DNA from: Antedon mediterranea
Lineage: Eukaryota > Animalia > Echinodermata
Assembly (NCBI RefSeq): GCF_964355755.1
Contig: NC_092670.1
Location: 17,098,795 to 17,162,794 of the forward strand
Direction: 5' to 3'
Length of the DNA stretch: 64,000 nucleotides
In this document: piece after piece, positions 52,101-64,000 of the stretch
Position numbering within the stretch: the first letter of the stretch is position 1
Layout: each line of letters starts with the position of its first letter
Program-made: the position numbers and the translations under genes
Notes under the pieces: model-generated
The model's database searches: none
Told to the model about the DNA's origin: nothing
The model's input: the letters and a program-made list of their open reading frames with translations, nothing else

Positions 52101-55100
52101 TATCTAGCAGAATAGCAAGGCTATATAGATAGGGTTCTGCACAATACATTGACTATCTAGCAGAATAACAAGGCTATATAGATAGGGTTCTGCACAATAC
52201 ATTTTATCTAGCAGAATAGCAAGGCTATATAGATAGGGTTCTCCACAATACATTGACTATCTAGCAGAATAGCAAGGCTATATAGATAGGGTTCTCCACA
52301 ATACATTGACTATCTAGCAGAATAGCAAGGCTGTATAGATAGGGTTCTCCACAATACATTGAATATCTAGCAGAATAGCAAGGCTAAATAGATAAGGTTC
52401 TCCACAATACATTGACTATCTAGCAGAATAGCAAGGCTATATAGATAGGGTTCTCCACAATACATTGAATATCTATAATATATAATATATAATACCAGAT
52501 TTATATAGCGCCCTTTTCATGAGTAATCATGCTCAAAGGCGCTTTACAAGCATTATTACCCCAGTATTTTTTGGGATCAAACACGTATGGAAACATACTC
52601 CCATAATGCAGCCGGTAACCAGCGCAGTTGTGTCTAGATCTAACTGGGTACCCCATTTATACACCTGGGTGGAGAAAGGCAACGTAAGTAAAGTATCTTG
52701 CCTACGGATACAAGCAATGCGGCGAGAGTTGGATTCGAACCTAGGTCTGACGATCGGTAGTCCAACGTCCAACACACTGCGCCACACGCCCTCACCATCT
52801 AGCAGAGTAGCAAGGCTGTATAGATAAGGTTCTCCACAATACATTGACTATCTAGCAGAATAGCAAGGCTATATAGATAAGGTTCTCCACAATACATTGA
52901 CTATCTAGCAGAATAGCAAGGCTATATAGATAGGGTTCTCCACAATACATTGACTATCTAGCAGAATAACAAGGCTATATAGATAGGGTTCTCCACAATA
53001 CATTGACTATCTAGCACAATAGCAAGGCTATATAGATAGGGTTCTCCACAATACATTGAATATCTAGCAGAATAGCAAGGCTATATAGATAGGGTTCTCC
53101 ACAATACATTGAATATCTAGCAGAATAGCAAGGCTATATAGATAGGGTTCTCCACAATACATTGACTATCTAGCAGAATAGCAAGGCTAAATAGATAAGG
53201 TTCTCCACAATACATTGACTATCTAGCAGAATAGCAAGGCTATATAGATAGGGTTCTCCACAATACATTGAATATCTAGCAGAATAGCAAGGCTATATAG
53301 ATAGGGTTCTCCACAATACATTGAATATCTAGCAGAAAATCAAGGCTGTATAGATAGGGTTCTCCACAATACATTGACTATCTAGCAGAATAGCAAGGCT
53401 AAATAGATAAGGTTCTCCACAATACATTGACTATCTAGCAGAATAGCAAGGCTATATAGATAGGGTTCTCCACAATACATTGAATATCTAGCAGAATAGC
53501 AAGGCTATATAGATAGGGTTCTCCACAATACATTGAATATCTAGCAGAAAATCAAGGCTGTATAGATAGGGTTCTCCACAATACATTGACTATCTAGCAG
53601 AATAGCAAGGCTAAATAGATAAGGTTCTCCACAATACATTGACTATCTAGCAGAATAGCAAGGCTATATAGATAGGGTTCTCCACAATACATTGAATATC
53701 TAGCAGAATAGCAAGGCTGTATAGATAGGGTTCTCCACAATACATTGAATATCTAGCAGAATAGCAAGGCTGTATCGATAGGGTTCTCCACAATACATTG
53801 ACTATCTAGCAGAATAGCAAGGCTAAATAGATAAGGTTCTCCACAATACATTGAATATCTAGCAGAATAGCAAGGCTATATAGATAGGGTTCTCCACAAT
53901 ACATTGAATATCTTAGCAGAATAGCAAGGCTGTATAGATAGGGTTCTCCACAATACATTGAATATCTAGCAGAATAGCAAGGCTGTATAGATAGGGTTCT
54001 CCACAATACATTAACTATCTAGCAGAATAACAAGGCTATATAGATAGGGTTCTCCACAATACATTGACTATCTAGCAGAATAGCAAGGCTATATAGATAG
54101 GGTTCTCCACAATACATTGAATATCTAGCAGAATAGCAAGGCTGTATAGATAGGGTTCCCCACAATACATTGAATATCTAGCAGAATAGCAAGGCTATAT
54201 AATAGAAACTGTAAAAGATAGCTAGGAATAATCACATTGACTTTCGAGAAAGCAATATAGCAAGGCTGTAAAGGTAACCAGGTATTTCAATATTAAAGCG
54301 ACTATCTAGCAGAAGGAAAAATAGCAAAGCTAGAAAGGTAACCAGGTATTTCAATAGTACAGTAAATTGACTATCCAGAATGAAATTACAGTGACTATCT
54401 AGCAGAATGCAATTTAGCAATGTTGGGTAGCAAAGAATCTGAAAATTACATTTTAAGCAGAATGTGTAGATTAGTACAGTGACTTATGCAGTAATTTAGC
54501 ATAGCTGTAAGTTAGTAAGTCGCCTAGAAGTACATATAGCCGAAAGTAATTTAGCCAAGCGAAAGGTAGCCATGTCTCCTAGAAGTACATTGACTATCTA
54601 GCAAAAGGTAGCCATATCTCCTAGAAGTACATTGACTATCTAGCAAAAGGTAGCCATGTCTCCTAGAAGTACATTGACTATCTAGCAAAAGGTAGCCATG
54701 TCTCCTAGAAGTACATTGACTATCTAGCAAAAGGTAGCCATGTCTCCTAGAAGTACATTGACTATCTAGCAGAAGGTAGCCATGTCTCCTAGAAGTACAT
54801 TGACTATCTAGCAGAAGGTAGCCATGTCTCCTAGAAGTACATTGACTATCTAGCAAAAGGTAGCCATGTCTCCTAGAAGTACATTGACTATCTAGCAGAA
54901 GATATATTAAAGTAGTAGGCGAGTAATATTAGCAGTACAGTGACCAACAATCACCCTACATATTATTATGTAGATTGTAAAAATAATTCTGTCTGTATAC
55001 CTGTTTATCATAGGACCATTTCTGATTACCACCTTGTTGATGGCATGACAACATCATTACTGGTCCTGTGTGTGCCACATCTAGACAGGAATCATCATGT

Positions 55101-58100
55101 TTTAATTCAAAGTTCTTTGTAAAAGCCCAGATCTGAAAAAAGATAGTATCAAGTAAGAACAGAAATCATTTTTTCCTCCTCTTTTGTATACCATACATAA
55201 TGTGTGTTTGAAAGAAGATCAATAAATAAATGAATTAAGTATCGATACAAATTAAAATGAAATGATACCTGGTTACCCCCTTGACCATGGCAAGCATAGA
55301 GGCCAACTTTATGACCTGTGTCTCTCATCATAGTATCTAAGCATTGGTTTGTCTCTACGTTTCGAATCTTTAAAAAAAAAAGCTTAATAACAGTTTGCTC
55401 AAGACATTTAAACTCAACATATGGTATTATATATATATATGATATATACTGTATATTGTTAATATTTAAAAAAACTAAATTTTAACTTAATTATTTATTA
55501 TAGTCTATCAATTTTAACTTTTAATGAAATGGATATGTAATTTGACGTTTTAACAAAAATATCTTTATGCATTGTTTTCTGTAGAGTGCCTATTCAAGTC
55601 AGCTGTACTGGTAAGTGCATCTGTTAGACCTAGAGTATACCCTTGCAAAAAAAGAAATAAAATATAAAAATAAAAATAAATAAACAAATGCTATTTACCT
55701 CACCCATACTGAAGAAATTAACAGGCCACGATGACTCTGGGTAAACATTCTCTAAATACCATTTAAAGGATTTACAATTCAGACTTTTCCTAAGGTTATG
55801 ACGTTCTGTAAGATCTCCTGGATCGGTTTTGGCAACTGATGGCGCTATTCTATAATAAAAATTCTTGTATTCATCAAGCCATACTTCCGCTAATCTTCGA
55901 TTATTTTTATTTACATAATTTGTGCCTGGAGGAAAGTGATATGGTGACTTCTTCCTAAAAACATGGCCTACGTGAGAGCATGGAACAAATTCCAATGTGC
56001 CTCCACACATCCATATCTAGGAAAATTACAAGAAAAAGAACAACTATGCATTAATTTCATGAATTAAACTGTCAAAACTGCCTAAATTAGTATTTTTTTC
56101 TCTCAGTAATAAAATGCAGTTTGTTTATACATTGGTTCAAATAACATAAAAACTAATACTGATATTCTTTATTGTCCATAGTAATACAAAATGGAAATAA
56201 ATATAAATTTCAATCAATCAATGAAATATAAAAAAGAAAAAAAAAGATGTACAAATTAAAATAATAACAACTAAATACACAAATATACAGATGTAAGTAT
56301 AGACTATTAGAATATTGATATTAACTATCATTAATCTTACTTTAAATGAAAGTTCAAGATTCTCTCCTCCCCATATATCAAAACCTGGATCATACCGCCC
56401 AAGCTCTTCAAAATAATCCTTAGAAATGGCAAAAAGACCACCAGCCATTGTAGGAGACCTATAAAAATACAACATTTTTAAGAAATTAACATTTATGATC
56501 AAAATATATAATAACAGTTAAAAATTGCCTTTACAAGAAATTCTGGTTACATTGATTAAAATTAAATTGATTCAGCTGTACAGTAGATATAGCTATTATA
56601 TTATTATTATTATATCAATAATTTATAAAGCGTCAATTCAAAATACAGTAGTAGAATCCCTCCCCACCTATTCAAGGGACACTTATATTAAGGGGACATT
56701 TTATGGTTGAACGAAGAGTATATGTTTTTACCACTATGACCAACCCTTATTCAGGGGGACACTTTTCAGTGTCCTGAAGATGCCCCCTTAATAGAGGTTC
56801 TACTGTACAAGAAAGTGGACAAAAGGTAAATTAAACCAAAACACATGGTTTTATGGAAATTTAGGTTTTCATCATGCTTTTACGAAAAGGAATAAAAACA
56901 TCAGGAAAGCAAACGTAATAAAATATATTCCGGTATACCAAACTGAAACTAAATACATTGATTCTATGATTAATGATGTTTGCCTTATACAAATAATTAT
57001 TTAATGAATTATGAAAAATAGATAAAGAATAAATGTATGCTTTTTCCCAGTAAATCACTTTCCTATTTGCAACAAAGATCATTAATTTGTAATTATCATT
57101 AAAGAAGCAACAAAAATAGTATTAAAAAGAAAATTAAAATGCATCCTTAAAGCAGATCATTGAATCTATATAAAATATCATTAATATTCAAAATAACTAT
57201 TAACTCTATTCCTATAGGACTAGTAGCTTGACAGATTATCCAATAATATGACACTATATGTAATTTGCCTCTGCATACACTCTAGAATAATTTGACACTT
57301 TTGAATTACAATTTTATAGAAGAAAAAAAATTGTAAAAGGTTTTTTTAAAAATTCATAAGTGTCTGAATATTTTGATGTATTTTTACACTGAATTTCTTC
57401 CACATTTAATTTCCAACATTAAATGGAAAAATAACATTCGGTGGCTTTACAGACAAAATAATATATCAAATTAAAATAGCAAATTCATGCAGATACATAA
57501 ACATACACCAACACACATGGCAAACAACATGCTTTAGTTCAATGCACTTGGTTGCCAAATCATTAATAAAAAGAAGTTACATTTTTATACAACATAAGCC
57601 AGTAGCCAGTAGCTTTATTTGGTGGGGTTCGTTTTGCCACAAGTTATGCCAATTATAAGGCCTATACCATCACTTCCGCTGTTATTTAGTTTGAAAAAGG
57701 TATGTGAGGACAAAGGCTGATTTAATTGAACCCTCAACCCCAACTGGCTATGGGCTTTAGAGGAAATTCCTTGAAGGTATGTTACTGAACAAATTATAAA
57801 ATCTATATTAGTACAATTAATATAGAATAGTTTGTATCAAGAAGAGTAAAAGACATTGTTAAAATAAAAAACTTAAAAAACAAATCTATAAAACACATGA
57901 TATTATTAAGTTTTTGATAATTAGACCTCCCGACACTCCAAGTCGTGCGGAAATTTATTCTCTTAAAATGGGAATTTTTACAAAATAGTATGAATAAACA
58001 ACCAATTTTGTGTGTTTTAGTTGATAAAAATCAACCATCGGAACAAAACAAAAATTGTATATAAAAATAGACATATAAATGTCTATTTTCATAAATTCCA

Positions 58101-61100
58101 ATTAAATTTTCATTAATTTTCTGTAGTATCAGATTTTACAGTATATTACATCATCTAATTACATTTTTCCTTGTAAGTAGGGAGGTCTGGATACATGGAT
58201 ATGGTTACACAATAAATACTTGATGTTAATAACACAATTATTAAGGCAAGAAGAGAACATTTAATAATGTACAGTAGAATGAGGAATGATTATTAAATGT
58301 GCATTACCATGCCTGTAATTTTAACATATTATGTTACTAAATACAAGCTTGGTCATAATGTTACTGCAGTTGACTGCATGCAAGAGATTCCTCCTATCGC
58401 TTCAATTTATAAGACATTCAGTCTATTGGTCTGAGTCTCTATCTTGTGGTTATTTGTTATTTTTTAGACATGCCAAAACTTCCAAGAATGATGCACAAAT
58501 CAAGTTATTTATTCCCGATTCAGGACTATTGTCAATGAATTTGTATATTAATAAAAACAAATTAGACAGAATTAAGGTTCTCCAACCAGCTTGAAGAAAA
58601 CAAAATGTTGTGCAATATTAGTTTGTTTGTGCTCATTTCATTCTGTCAACATGCCATAGAATGCAGGCCCAGGTAAACAGCTGGCCTACCTAACAGGCTG
58701 GGTCGGGTCACCTTTTCGTCGTAATGCTTCTCGTTTAGGGACACCGTACCACTTGAAAAATAAGGACCAACCGAACCCGCCCATCTGCGGGTCATTCCCG
58801 TGTTGATAACCGAAAGTCTCATCACTGATTACATCAATAACAGGACAAACTGCAATTGTTCTGAATGAAGAAAAGAAATTATGTTTTACAAGAAAATCAA
58901 CGAGACGTAACCCTTGGGATGATGATGACGGCCGTTCTTGATATCCTATGAGAAAAACAAATTTGTAGTTAGTGGAAGGTAACAAATACAGTAGTCACCT
59001 CGTGTGATAATACTGCTGCCTTACCTTACGGGTTCGGTGGGATCACCATGACGTCTTGTTTGTTCTCTTCTCGGAATTGCATGCCAGTTGAAGAACAAAG
59101 ACCAGCTGAAACCACCAACCTGAGGGTCACCCGTGTGACCACCATATCCAAATGTCTCATCACTTATTACATCTATTACAGGACATACAGATGTCCTCCT
59201 ACAGGTTAGAAATATTTTACACTATAATTATGCTTTTTAACAATTACAGTGGAGTCCTTTTAAAGTAGTGTTTTAGATCATTGTTTACTTTTTAAAACAA
59301 TGGCTTTAGCTTAAGGTTTTTGTAAATTGCTAAAACTGAAAATCGTCAGAGATAATTTGTCTAAGACATTCCTTTTGCACGGTACGAGTATAAACTGTAA
59401 AGGTTTGTTGATGTTAACATAGTATTAGTTTCAAGCTTAAATTACAAATATTAGGGTTAGCTGTTCTGGAATTTTGCAACAGTGGATATGCTATGCTGTC
59501 ACTGATCCCTATACAGATTTCTAAAAACAACTTGGAAGAAAATTAAGCATTAGTAGAATATAAACAGTCTGGGAAGCTATTTTGAAATTCAATTAGTACT
59601 GTTGAGCCTAAATGGAATTTTTAGATGGCATTGGACATGCTTTCTATTACAAATCTACCCAAAAAATGTCAAATAAAGAAAAGGCCCAGACTAAGGACTT
59701 AAACATGGTTCCAGGCATACGATACCATATAAAATGGTTTCAGATGTAATAAATTACCATATAATGGTTTTAAATACCATATATAATTGATTCAATGGTT
59801 TAAAAATGTGGTGATAAAGGTTAAACTTTCTAATTACTGAAAACAAGTACAGGCAATGTTCGTAAGATAATTTTGACTTTCACCACTTGGTGCTATTATT
59901 AATATACTGGTAATAATTGATACAGTATATGATAAATAAAAAGGACTTTAAATCTAGTGATACAGTAGGATAACATAATTTGTTTATTGAATTATTAAAC
60001 TCAATTTTTCATTTAATTACAGTATGTAATAATGATCACATTACCTATCAGCGTGTATCCTTGCCAACAGTGGTTCTAACCAGCCTTCTGTAACTTCGCA
60101 ATGGGAATCGAGAAACGTAAGTACATTTCCTTTTGCAACGTCTGCTCCTCGCATACGCGCTCGTATCAATCCGGCACGTTTTGGCATTCGTTGTATATTA
60201 ACGGACACCGGTAACTTAGCAACATAGTTTTCTAATTTCTTGCCAAGGTGATCTGAAAAATAAAGCCAAGTGTTGTTAAGTGTCCGATGCAAATATTTTG
60301 TTTGCCTAAAACGTCAATTAAGCAATGTGCCGCTTGCCTCGATTAGAATCAGTAAATTGTGATTTCCTATTAACAAGGTGTACCAAATCTATAACCCCTC
60401 GAAGAAACAATGACAAACTAATCAATTTTTCAGAAATATTCATCATTAAGAAACAATATTCATTTAAATTTCACTGATGCACAACTGAACAAATAAATAA
60501 ATTACTGAATTCTTATCCTAGTGTGTGCCATATGGTCGAAACTCACCAGTTTAAACAATTTTTTAAATGCTAATTACTGTACAGTCACTGTACACAGCTG
60601 TTTTAAGGAAAACAACTTCTTTTCAAAATACTATCACCATATGAAAGCTTTCAAACAGCAGGGGGCATTGAAATTTTATTTTAGGATACAAAATAGAATA
60701 AATGTTGTATATCTATTAATAAAACTCCATAATCTCCAATTTTAGTAAGCTAGGAAAAAGTCAACAGAACATTAAATACAAAATGTAATTTTAGTAATAT
60801 CTTACCATTTGTATCTATTTCATATGCTTCATTATTAATAATTTAAATACTATTTTTTTTAAACTTATACCATGGTATTGTACAAAGAATGAAATCTTTA
60901 TGCAGTAATATATATATTTGCATCATGCATCATAATTAATTAAAATAAAGATTACATACCTTGATCACTAGCATCATCAACTAGAATAATTTCTCTTAAA
61001 AGGTCTCTAGGTGAGCGATTAATGATACTGTGAACATTGCGCAACAACGTGCTCCATGCTTCATTATGATAGACCAATATCACACTTGTGTCTGGTAAAT

Positions 61101-62960
61101 TCTTAGAGTAGACTTTGTCCCGACATCTGAAATTAATTTGATTACATTTTTATGACATAATTTAAATTATCTAAAAATTCTTTTAAAAAGTTCTAATCAG
61201 TTCTAATCTATTACTAGTATACAAATAATGAATGTTTATGAGTGCAATGGTACAAATAATGGCACGAAGTGAATGATGAAAGGTTATATCAACGAGGCAA
61301 AGCCGAGTTGATATAACCTTTCATCATTCACCAAGTGCCATTATTTGTACCATTACACGAATACAAAACATTCATTATTTGTTTTATATAACATCTAGAC
61401 GTTGAATAGTGCGTACTATTGCACGCCATGTGACCCACATTCGTCCAATCAAATGACAGGAATTTATATAGGTGTTATATAATATTGTTTATTTAATGAA
61501 TGGATGGTGGATATTTAAATAGAGGTTGTACCATTTAATATCTGTTCTGAATGTGTATTGTGCTGTCACATAATCTCAAGTCTCTCCACGTGGCAACCAT
61601 TCTCAATCATTGATAATAGCATTGTTTTATCTTTTTGCACATGTTGCCACTGATTGAGTTAACATTAACAATGGATTGGTTGACAATTGTTTTCTCTCCA
61701 CGTGGCAAACCTATTTCACAAACTAATCAATAATTTCTAAAGAATTTAATGCACACCAGGACAGAATGATTAATTCTGCTTGACTTAATACGAGTATCTG
61801 TAGTATATTATTGGAAACTATATATTAAAAGGTTATATAGTAATAGTAACAATATTCATACAAGTAAATTTTAGTACAGCACTTGTTTTTATTTGGGTTA
61901 TTAACGATGACTTCTGAACAGATGTGTAATATGATATCATACTGTAGATTATCTTTTAAGCATACTAAAATATAGATATAATTATATATACTAAAGAAAT
62001 GTAACTAAATGGCAATCTGTATAATAATTATAATGACTGACAAATCAAATACTGCAAAATAATTTACAGTATTCTTTACATTATTACATTTTTTTTTTTG
62101 ACATTTTTTACAGCAAAACTGAATACCTGATTTGTTTTTTTACCATAAAGTACAGTATACATACCATGGAGGAAAAAAAAAATGTTTTACCTCCATGATA
62201 CATACTGTACATATTTTAACATTTAAATCACTCATCCATGTGAGGTCAGATTCAAACAATGATTTGAGTACACTTACTGTCTTGGACGGACATCAGGTAA
62301 CGTTCTATTTAGTGCAACTCTGTCGCTTGCCATTAAATTAAATTCATTTATCTTAAAAAGTCTGTCTGACTCTGCTTTATTTTCTTGTTCTATGATTACT
62401 GGCTTTCCCATTTCGCCAGGTGCATCTAAGTTGATTTGGCGTGGAACATCTAAAGAGAAGGCAATTATTATTTTGCTTCTTAAAATTAAGAAACAGTACC
62501 TGGAATAATACTACTTCATAAGATAAGTTTACTGTACTTAATTATTAACAATAATAATTTGTTAAGCCAATACTTTTTACGAAGCCCTTTGAATTTTGTT
62601 TGTCTCAATTGTTTTTTAGGTCTAGGTTACTTTAGGCTAGAGGCTTTTTAAATCATTCATACCATCAAAATGGTCTCCCATATTTTTCTAGTTGTCTCCT
62701 CTATCATAATTCTTAACAATAAGAATGTATTCAATCTTTAGATTCTTACCTATTTGTTTTTTATCTTCTGGTTTTCTATATACCCATTCATTTGCATTCT
62801 CAACAATACGTTTCACTAGATTGGGATCGTTTTCACTTGCTTTTTTGCATGTAGGTCCTATACAAGGAGCAGAGTAGTACAGTACAGCCACTACATCAAT
62901 AAAAACCCAGATCATAGAGGTTGCAATGATCAACTTACACTGTCTCCTTTTCGAAATCAT
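49108..62960 (-). CDS. Polypeptide N-acetylgalactosaminyltransferase (GALNT1/13-like, GT27); exons ~62960-62750, 62449-62278, 61126-60960, 60252-60045, [59198-59025 or 58860-58690], 56457-56341, 56016-55699, 55367-55269, 55132-55001, 49242-49108
   Basis: N-terminal [33 protein letters not shown] (DxH), [29 protein letters not shown], and a ricin-B lectin domain (CLD...CHGQGGNQ). A 5' non-coding exon probably ends at ~63840. Confidence 0.95.
50546..50963. mobile_element. Tourist/Harbinger-type MITE (~100 bp) interrupted by a SINE
   Basis: TIR aggccaatttacaca / tgtgtaaattggctt; TTA on both flanks. Confidence 0.7.
50615..50930 (-). mobile_element. tRNA-derived SINE with Deu/Nin-like central domain
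   Basis: A box TGGCCGAGCGG, B box GGTTCGATGC, central GGATAAGGACTATAAACCGTAGGTCC...GCACTTTAAAGAACC...GAGTAGGGG, (TCAAT)n tail, TSD ttattg. Confidence 0.85.
51622..54200. repeat. Minisatellite, 53-bp unit (~40 copies), in the last GALNT intron
   Basis: Unit ctagcagaatagcaaggctatatagatagggttctccacaatacattgactat; the first units are longer variants. Confidence 0.96.
52476..52796 (-). mobile_element. tRNA-derived SINE with LINE2-like 3' tail, inserted in the 53-bp satellite
   Basis: A box TGGCGCAGTG, B box GGTTCGAATCC, central GGCAAG...CTCCACCCAGGTGTATAAATGGGGTACC, tail AAGCGCCTTTGAGC...GCGCTATATAAAT(TATATAT)n, TSD atcta. Confidence 0.88.
54555..54900. repeat. Minisatellite, 42-bp unit, ~8 copies
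   Basis: Unit agaagtacattgactatctagcaaaaggtagccatgtctcct. Confidence 0.95.
56644..56808. mobile_element. Tc1/mariner-type MITE
   Basis: tacagta(gta)gaa...tattaaggggacac...ccccttaatagaggttctactgta, TA-flanked. Confidence 0.6.
58690..58860 (-). CDS. GALNT alternative catalytic-domain exon A (171 nt, phase 2-2)
   Basis: [58 protein letters not shown] with ttcag acceptor and gtagg donor. Confidence 0.9.
59025..59198 (-). CDS. GALNT alternative catalytic-domain exon B (174 nt, phase 2-2); absent from the ORF track
   Basis: [59 protein letters not shown] with tgtag acceptor and gtaag donor. Confidence 0.88.
61221..61382. repeat. Long near-perfect palindrome (~75-bp arms), probably from a non-autonomous element
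   Basis: acaaataatgaatgttt...gaatgatgaaaggttatatcaac-gaggcaaagccga-gttgatataacctttcatcattc...aaacattcattatttgt. Confidence 0.85.
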
Positions 62961-64000
62961 ATTTATTTTTTTTAAGGTCTCAACTAACCAACAAATACTG
63001 GACACCAAAGCCTGTAAAAAATCATTCAAAGGTCAAATTTTAGTATGCAAATTAACATTATGATCATATATAAACAAAATGAGGCAAACCACCAATAAAT
63101 GACTGTGAGATATCATGTCCAACTTCATGCAGACATGCACTAAATAAATAGGATTAATGTGACAAAAATTGTTTTGTTTATTTTAATTTTATGATAAATC
63201 ATATAACATTTTTTCTTTTCACCATTAATCTTATTCTCAGTATATTTTTTTTGTCTTTTTTTTGTGAGGTTCACTTACCTTTATTTAATTTCAAAACATG
63301 ATTATTTTGATAAATAAACATTCTTATTATGCTTTACTTGTTGTGTATTTGTTTATTTAAAATATATAAATTTAATAATAAATTAAATATATTAACTTGT
63401 TTCCTCTTACATCTAATCTTAAAAATCTCTGTAAGAGATCATTCATACACATATTCTAATTGACATTCTCTCAGTCCCATCACTTCAGTACTGCTGCATT
63501 TGATATTTAATTAATTAAATATTATAAGTGTAGGCCTATGTTACGATGAGTCTACTGGACTCGTCTAGCCTGTAGTAAGCAGCTAAAGCTAGGCTACCTA
63601 GCTTTCCACTAGGCCTAGGCTAGATAGAGGCCTCTATTGGCTAGGAGGCCTTTTAGGCCTAGTCTACCAAGCAACCTGCTATCATAGCTAGGCCCTACAC
63701 TAGATAGAGGGCCTGCTGGATGGATGATCCGAGGGCCTAATTAGCAGCTAGGCCTAGGCTAGGCTAGCCTTAGTCCGAAGCGAAGGTATTATTATTTTAG
63801 TCTATACTATTCCAATACAATTTCTTCCATTATACTTACCTAACATTCACATTTATGAGGTACGATTACTTGTATATAGTGTTATTTACAACATGAGTAG
63901 TGTTCCCGTTGTCCGTTTCAATAAATTTACTAACTTCCGCAGGAGGTGGTGGTGGACATGTTATTTTTTATCTTGCAATTTACACGTCACGTACACGACT

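Noticed and set aside
52725-52796. tRNA genes here and at ~50850-50930
   Set aside because: The A/B boxes are followed by SINE bodies, tails and TSDs, so these are SINE heads rather than tRNAs.
51640-54856. Repetitive ORFs (e.g. [14 protein letters not shown] repeats, 52519-52844 ORFs)
   Set aside because: By-products of satellite periodicity and SINE sequence inside an intron.

Overview
AT-rich eukaryotic (metazoan) genomic DNA with spliceosomal introns. The repeat content (Deu/Nin-type SINE, L2-tailed SINE, Tourist and Tc1 MITEs) suggests a marine invertebrate, possibly a deuterostome; this is an inference. From left to right the window holds: (1) an apparently intact 4.2-kb PIF/Harbinger-superfamily DNA transposon with a spliced DDE transposase and a convergent Myb/SANT-like gene, inserted just downstream of (2) a single-coding-exon Kir potassium channel; (3) a 55-bp satellite; (4) a FAM234-like gene; (5) a SUN1/2-like gene; (6) a 1.7-kb fold-back element; (7) a C2H2 zinc-finger cluster, in which two large ORFs probably splice into one internally duplicated ~1570-aa protein with arrays of unusual acidic fingers, plus a disrupted third gene; (8) a polypeptide GalNAc-transferase gene whose last intron holds two related satellites, two SINEs and MITEs. 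Most notable: a tandemly duplicated, same-phase catalytic-domain exon in the GALNT gene (likely mutually exclusive splicing), the intact Harbinger-type element with ANT-type flanks, the acidic zinc-finger arrays, and TAGGCCTA/CTAG-rich tracts near the 5' ends of most genes. Exon boundaries were read by eye and are not transcript-verified.
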